Shown: piece by piece, positions 28,009-32,276 of the stretch
How positions within the stretch are numbered: position 1 is the stretch's first letter
Layout: each line of letters starts with the position of its first letter
From: Hyphomicrobiales bacterium
GTDB lineage: Bacteria; Pseudomonadota; Alphaproteobacteria; Rhizobiales; Hyphomicrobiaceae
Direction: 5' to 3'
NCBI GenBank assembly: GCA_017304275.1
Contig: JAFKKW010000458.1
Coordinates: forward strand, 1-32,276
Length of the DNA: 32,276 nucleotides
Notes under the pieces: model-generated
Seen by the model: the letters and a program-made list of their open reading frames with translations, nothing else
Told to the model about the DNA's origin: nothing
The model's database searches: none
Program-made: the position numbers and the translations under genes

Positions 28009-28309
28009 TCGGCCTACTCAAGGGAAAATCCTTACTGCAATTGAAGGTCTGGAAACAAATCCGCGACCGCCGGGCGTAGAGAAGCTCAGCGGTCATCCGG
28101 ATTTTTTTCGTATTCGCGTGAGCGATCACCGCGTGATCTATGCCATCCCGCGAAAAAAGGTTGTCGTCGTGTGTGGTGTCCGCAATCGCAAGAACGCATA
28201 CCGTCAGCTCAACATGCTGAACTCCACTCTTAAGAGCGCAATCAGCGAAATCGAAACTATGGGCCAGAGCCCGGAGCTTCAGCAGGCTCTGACGTTACGC
28301 AAATCATAG
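27953..28309 (+). CDS. Type II toxin, RelE/ParE family
   Basis: YDV....AMRELRKLD, LETNPRPPGVEKLSG, FRIRVSDHRVIY and VRNRKNAYR. GTG start with G-rich RBS. Confidence 0.9.
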   Translation: MKYDVHLAHAAMRELRKLDRPTQGKILTAIEGLETNPRPPGVEKLSGHPDFFRIRVSDHRVIYAIPRKKVVVVCGVRNRKNAYRQLNMLNSTLKSAISEIETMGQSPELQQALTLRKS

Positions 28310-28314
28310 TTACC

Positions 28315-29277
28315 TTATCGCTGCCAGTAGCCCTTCCAATTCCTCGACACGGGATGCGCCATCGCGAGGCTGATGGCCTTGCCGGTCATCGCGCCGTTGC
28401 TCAGTTCCCGGTGATCCTCAACCCAAGCGGCGTGCGCTGCGTATTGGTGAAGGTAGCGCGCCGAGACGTGGTGATGCTGGCCACCGATCATGCGGCGAAG
28501 GCGTGAGAAGTATGACTCCACCTGATTGGTGCAGACGCCGTTGAGCGAATACGCTTCGCTGTGGTTGATGCGGAGCGTCGGGAACATGGCGTGCAGCGTA
28601 TCCCAATGGCTGGCTTCGTCGGCATGAACTTCCGCCGTACGAACAACGGCCTTCTCGACAAGCTCAACGCCGTCAGATTCCTGTGTGCACACGAACGAAA
28701 GCGTGCGGCCCTTGCGCTGGCGCATGGCGACGACAACGCGACGCTTGCCGGTTTGGTGCTCAGCAAGGCGACGGTCAACGCGATCCTCTTTCTTGTTCGC
28801 GGGGCGAATGTGGCCACCAAAATAGGCGCCATCAACTTCCACGATGCCCGAGAGCTTGAGGCCAGCGGTTTCCGACTTCATCGCTTCGCGCAGCTTGTGC
28901 GAGAGAACCCAGGCCGTCTTGTGCTGCACGTCGAGGTCGCGCGAAAGCTGCATCGCGGAAACGCCCTTTGCCGCGTTCGCGACGATCAGGACGGCCGCCA
29001 GCATGTCCGTGAAGCTGAGCTTACGGCTCGCGAAGATCGTGCCCGACGTGACGCTGTACTGATGATGGCACGCCTTGCACTTGAACTTGCGGCGCGTGGC
29101 AATGTCGTATGCATCGCAGCAGCCGCAGCGCGGGCAGACGGGATCGCCATCCGTATCCGGCCAGCGGACCTTGCGGAACAGGCCGTAAGCCTTGTCCTCA
29201 CCGCCCTGATAGACCTCCTTAAGAGAGAGGGTCCGAGAGGCTGCTTTGAGCTTGATGTTCGTGGCCATTATCATCAT
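28315..29277 (-). CDS. IS1595-family (ISXO2-like) DDE transposase
   Basis: Zn ribbon CPRCG..CKAC, SVTSGTIF, HTH ..KTAW, VEVDGAYFGG, VHADE, INHS, TNQVESYFSRLRR, YLHQY. Start could be 29268. Confidence 0.96.
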   Translation of the reverse strand: MMIMATNIKLKAASRTLSLKEVYQGGEDKAYGLFRKVRWPDTDGDPVCPRCGCCDAYDIATRRKFKCKACHHQYSVTSGTIFASRKLSFTDMLAAVLIVANAAKGVSAMQLSRDLDVQHKTAWVLSHKLREAMKSETAGLKLSGIVEVDGAYFGGHIRPANKKEDRVDRRLAEHQTGKRRVVVAMRQRKGRTLSFVCTQESDGVELVEKAVVRTAEVHADEASHWDTLHAMFPTLRINHSEAYSLNGVCTNQVESYFSRLRRMIGGQHHHVSARYLHQYAAHAAWVEDHRELSNGAMTGKAISLAMAHPVSRNWKGYWQR

Positions 29278-29380
29278 ATCCGATGTAAATTACACCAGAT
29301 ATGATGACATAACACATCGTTGTCAAGGGTAAAAACATCGAATATGATGATATTCGCATCGAATCAAGAGGTATCATCAT
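29269..29380. promoter_or_regulatory. Divergent promoters with inverted operator-like repeats
   Basis: + strand TTGTCA(29320)-17bp-TATGAT(29343); - strand TTGACA at 29326-29321; 17-bp inverted repeat at 29269-29285 / 29336-29352. Confidence 0.65.
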
Positions 29381-29603
29381 GCGGGAAGACGTCTGGGCAG
29401 AGCGGGCCAAGGGCTTACTCAAGGCCGAGTTGAAGCGCCGAAACGTGGGTTATCGGGAACTCGCCGAGAAGTTGTCTGCACAAGGAACGCCAGAAACGGA
29501 GCGCAACCTTGCGAATAAGATCAGCCGGGGCGGGTTTACCGCTGCGTTTTTGATCCAATGCCTTGAAGCCATCGGTTGCTCGTCTCTGCGACTAGCCGAC
29601 TAG
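29379..29603 (+). CDS. Small HTH protein (DUF6471-like)
   Basis: LLKAELKRRNVGYRELAEKL...NLANKISRGGFTAAFLIQCLEAIG, a Cro/XRE-like pattern; GAGG RBS. Confidence 0.85.
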   Translation: MREDVWAERAKGLLKAELKRRNVGYRELAEKLSAQGTPETERNLANKISRGGFTAAFLIQCLEAIGCSSLRLAD

Positions 29604-30073
29604 GTGCCGTTGCCCGGATCATCATCGAAGAACTCCGGTTCGATGGCGAACACCAGTTGGGTCAGTGCGGTCATAATCAGCACGTGACACAATAAAATTC
29701 CTAGCGCCGTCATGTTGAAGAACGCTTCACCTGTCGCATTCATCGACGCTATCGGCTTGACCGTGACGACAGCCACTCCTAGCGCGAATAGGGAAATGAG
29801 CCAGTAGACGTTGCTGCGAAGCTGCGCACGTGATTTCTCTAAGGCGTTTCGCACCCGATGCTGTTCTTCGATCCGATTAAACGCCAAATGAATTTGCGCA
29901 GCCGACGCGAGCGTCACGGCAAGCGTAATGCCCAGCACATTTATGAACTCGTGGTTCACAAAGTCTCGCAGAAACCTGTTGTTGTCCGCAATCCAGTCTG
30001 GACGCGCGGCCATCAGGCACAATGATATCGCGATGAAAACGAGAAGGATTCCGTAAGCGAGCCCCTTGGTCAT
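29600..30073 (-). CDS. Four-TM membrane protein (IS passenger)
   Basis: Four hydrophobic helices. ATG overlaps the upstream stop (TGATG); acidic C-tail. Confidence 0.8.
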   Translation of the reverse strand: MTKGLAYGILLVFIAISLCLMAARPDWIADNNRFLRDFVNHEFINVLGITLAVTLASAAQIHLAFNRIEEQHRVRNALEKSRAQLRSNVYWLISLFALGVAVVTVKPIASMNATGEAFFNMTALGILLCHVLIMTALTQLVFAIEPEFFDDDPGNGT

Positions 30074-30912
30074 CAGAACCGCTCTCCCATCCAAGAGAGT
30101 AACCTATCCCAAAAGTCTTCCCGCCCCTGCTCCGTCTCGATCCTATCGCTCTTTACATGGTCTCGTGAGTTGTAGAATTGATTTCCGGTGGTTTTAGCCT
30201 TGATGCTGCCGGCACCCATTTCTGTATAGTCAACAACCTCTTCGATGTTCGGCTGCTTGACGTCGATCGTGCTATCGCTGGAAAGCGTTGCCTTTACTCT
30301 GTTGACCCGGTTTTTGTCCCTCAGTTGTCTCAACTCATTTGAAAAATCGTCTGCGCCGCCAAACATATTGGGAGGGGCGACGTCGAACATTATCCAATTG
30401 ATCTGGTAGTCGTGTTGTTCCGCAAACCTCCAAAAGGAATGCATCTCTGCGATCGGGTGAACCTGAACATCGAACGGCGGCGGCAAGTCTGGCGATAGGC
30501 GCATTCCATCAGCGAGCGAGTTGAGAACGGAAAGCGGCTTGCCGATCTCCGTCCGCACCTCCATTGCCAATTTTTGGCCGTCGTCGTGATGCGTAGGGTC
30601 AACCACCAGGAGCGCGCCCTGCCACGACCCATGCTCGGTGGGTTCAAAGCCTGCGCTCGGAGGCGTTCTCTCGTTGAGAAGCCGTTGGCGCGCGATATAT
30701 CCCACGATCAGACTGGCCGGTAGGTTTCGAGGTGCGTCACGTGCCGGCACGTATAAAAAGGTGTTTCCTCTGTGTTCGAACACCCGCTCCTCGGAGAAGT
30801 AGAGCCGTAGCCACTCCTCACGAGAATATGGACGACCCTCTGGGTTGATGGAACCAAACGCATCCGGCAAATCGACCGGCTTCAACGACAACCGAAAATA
30901 TTGAACGAGCAA
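30073..30912 (-). CDS. Soluble hypothetical protein, tentatively DUF4747/KwaB-like (IS passenger)
   Basis: About 279 aa alpha/beta protein with FDVAPPN motif and VDYTEMGAGSIKAK. Probable TTG start at 30912 after a G-rich RBS (ORF open to 30990). Family call from memory, uncertain. Confidence 0.6.
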   Translation of the reverse strand: MLVQYFRLSLKPVDLPDAFGSINPEGRPYSREEWLRLYFSEERVFEHRGNTFLYVPARDAPRNLPASLIVGYIARQRLLNERTPPSAGFEPTEHGSWQGALLVVDPTHHDDGQKLAMEVRTEIGKPLSVLNSLADGMRLSPDLPPPFDVQVHPIAEMHSFWRFAEQHDYQINWIMFDVAPPNMFGGADDFSNELRQLRDKNRVNRVKATLSSDSTIDVKQPNIEEVVDYTEMGAGSIKAKTTGNQFYNSRDHVKSDRIETEQGREDFWDRLLSWMGERF

Positions 30913-31002
30913 CGCAACCCCCCGCACTACAAAGGCGGTAAGGATGTACACAGAGTAGCCAATTGAGCAACTACGAGTTGTTGCTAGCATTCTCGATGCT
31001 CC

Positions 31003-31030
31003 GACTTGGTGCGTTTGCTACGCAATGCCG
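31003..31030 (-). repeat. Right terminal inverted repeat
   Basis: GACTTGGTGCGTTTGCTACGCAATGCCG. Confidence 0.97.
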
Positions 31031-31837
31031 GAGATGCTCGACGTCTCGATGGTGCACAGCCTTGCCGGTGAACTGATGGGCGGCAAGCTCTGCACCGAGC
31101 GGCCGTTCCGCGCGCCCCATCATTCCGCAAGCATGGCCGCTCTCGTCGGCGGCGGCACCCGTCCGCGTCCTGGCGAAGCGAGCCTCGCGCATCTCGGCGT
31201 TCTGTTTCTCGACGAGCTGCCCGAGTTTCAGCCCGTCGTGCGCGATGCGCTGCGCCAGCCCCTCGAAACCGTCGAGCTCATCATCGCCCGCGCCAACCAT
31301 CGCATCGCCTACCCGGCGCGCCTGCAGCTCGTCGCCGCCATGAACCCGTGCCGCTGCGGCGGCGGACCGGGCCAGACCTGCAAACGCGGCCCGCGCTGCG
31401 CCGCCGACTATCAGGCCCGCATCTCAGGCCCGCTGCTCGACCGCATCGATCTGCAGATCGAGGTGCCGGCCGTCTCCGCCGCCGACCTGGTGCTGCCGGC
31501 TCCGGAGGAGGGCAGTGCCGAGGTGCGCGCCCGCGTCACGGCCGCCCGGATGCGTCAGCACGAGCGCTTCAAGTCGCACGGTGCCCCGCACCTGCGCACC
31601 AACGCCGAATGCGCCGGACACCTGCTGGAAAAAATCGCGCAACCCGACGACGCCGGGCTTGCCCTCATCCGCCAGGCCGCCGAAACGCTGAAGCTCTCCG
31701 CGCGCGGCTTCCACCGGACGCTGCGCGTCGCCCGCACCCTCGCCGATCTCGACGGCGCCGATGTGGTCGGCCGCATCCACGTCGCGGAGGCACTGTCGTA
31801 TCGGGGGGAGACGTTGCGCCAGGAAAAAGTGGCCTAG
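31031..31837 (+). pseudogene. comM: ComM/YifB 3' fragment
   Basis: RPFRAPHHSAS, PGEASLAHLGVLFLDE (Walker B), LRQPLE, AAMNPCRCG, SGPLLDRID, LSARG..R.LRVART.ADL. Confidence 0.93.
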
Positions 31838-31844
31838 CGAAAAC

Positions 31845-31872
31845 TGGCAGCAGGCAGCGGGCAACAGGCAGG
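31845..31872 (+). repeat. Tandem heptamer repeats (consensus nGGCAGC)
   Basis: TGGCAGC AGGCAGC GGGCAAC AGGCAGG. Confidence 0.75.
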
Positions 31873-31883
31873 ATTATACGGGA

Positions 31884-32261
31884 ATGATACAGTCGTATCG
31901 GGATTTGAAGGTTTGGCAGGAGGCGATGGACCTGGCTGAGGCAGCTTATCGTATATCTCAGACGATGCCGCCATCCGAACGCTTTGGAATGATCTCGCAA
32001 ATTCGCCGGGCGGCCGTATCCATTCCATCAAACATTGCGGAGGGATACGGACGCGAGAGCACAGGATCCTATGTTCACTTTCTTAAGACTGCACGTGGCT
32101 CGCTTCGAGAGCTGGAAACGCACGTTCTCATCGCGCACAGAGTCGGGTTAGTGCAAACACAGGAAACCGACAAGCTTCTCGACCTTGCGGAGCGTATCGC
32201 AAAGATGCTCCATGCGCTGATCCGATCGGTTCAAAGCAGCCGAATGGCAGCAGACAAATAA
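31884..32261 (+). CDS. Four helix bundle protein (23S rRNA IVP / bAvd-like family)
   Basis: SYRDLKVWQEAMDL, ERFGMISQIRRAAVSIPSNIAEGYGR, FLKTARGSLRELET. Confidence 0.93.
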   Translation: MIQSYRDLKVWQEAMDLAEAAYRISQTMPPSERFGMISQIRRAAVSIPSNIAEGYGRESTGSYVHFLKTARGSLRELETHVLIAHRVGLVQTQETDKLLDLAERIAKMLHALIRSVQSSRMAADK

Positions 32262-32263
32262 CA

Positions 32264-32276
32264 CCTGCCCGCTGCC
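32264..32276 (-). repeat. Inverted heptamer repeats, truncated by the window end
   Basis: CCTGCCCGCTGCC (rc GGCAGCGGGCAGG) is complementary to the tract at 31845-31872. Confidence 0.6.

Larger units (their letters stand above)
26916..31030. mobile_element. IS1595-family transporter IS (ISNha5-like ends) with six passenger genes
   Basis: Perfect 28-bp TIRs, 8-bp DR GAGATGCT (26908-26915 and 31031-31038), internal DDE transposase, visibly lower GC. Removing it restores the comM frame (..AEEMLDVSM..). Confidence 0.95.

Noticed and set aside
26907-31039. Alternative IS boundaries: 27-bp TIR with 10-bp duplication GGAGATGCTC
   Set aside because: Formally possible, but the 28-bp TIR plus 8-bp DR reading matches known IS1595-family DR length and CGGnnTT ends.
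31884-32261. Diversity-generating retroelement (Avd) or rRNA intervening sequence
   Set aside because: No reverse transcriptase, TR/VR pair or rRNA in the window. Sequence beyond the window end cannot be assessed.

Overview
GC-rich alphaproteobacterial chromosomal window, probably Hyphomicrobiales (inferred from gene content such as an MxaD-like SRPBCC protein and a DUF3280-like protein). Most of it is housekeeping and envelope genes: partial hemW, yqaA/dedA, dsbB-like, HNH nuclease, alkA-like, gluQ, DUF1287, lpoA-like/rsmI/yraN, a TonB receptor-PepSY iron-uptake operon, an autotransporter, sulP and a VOC-family gene. Three regions stand out. (1) A 4,115-bp IS1595-family transporter IS (26916-31030; perfect 28-bp TIRs, 8-bp target duplication GAGATGCT) splits comM/yifB. 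It carries a Phd-RelE toxin-antitoxin pair preceded by a perfect CtrA box, a small HTH gene, an unknown gene, and a translationally coupled soluble + 4-TM pair that resembles an anti-phage module. (2) About 0.9 kb of apparently non-coding DNA (~2430-3340) holds ~15 strand-biased GCGTA motifs, many hairpins and a 30-codon sORF, and is a candidate large structured RNA or leader. (3) A four-helix-bundle gene at the window end is bracketed by inverted heptamer repeats. Family calls come from motif recognition only; no searches were run.
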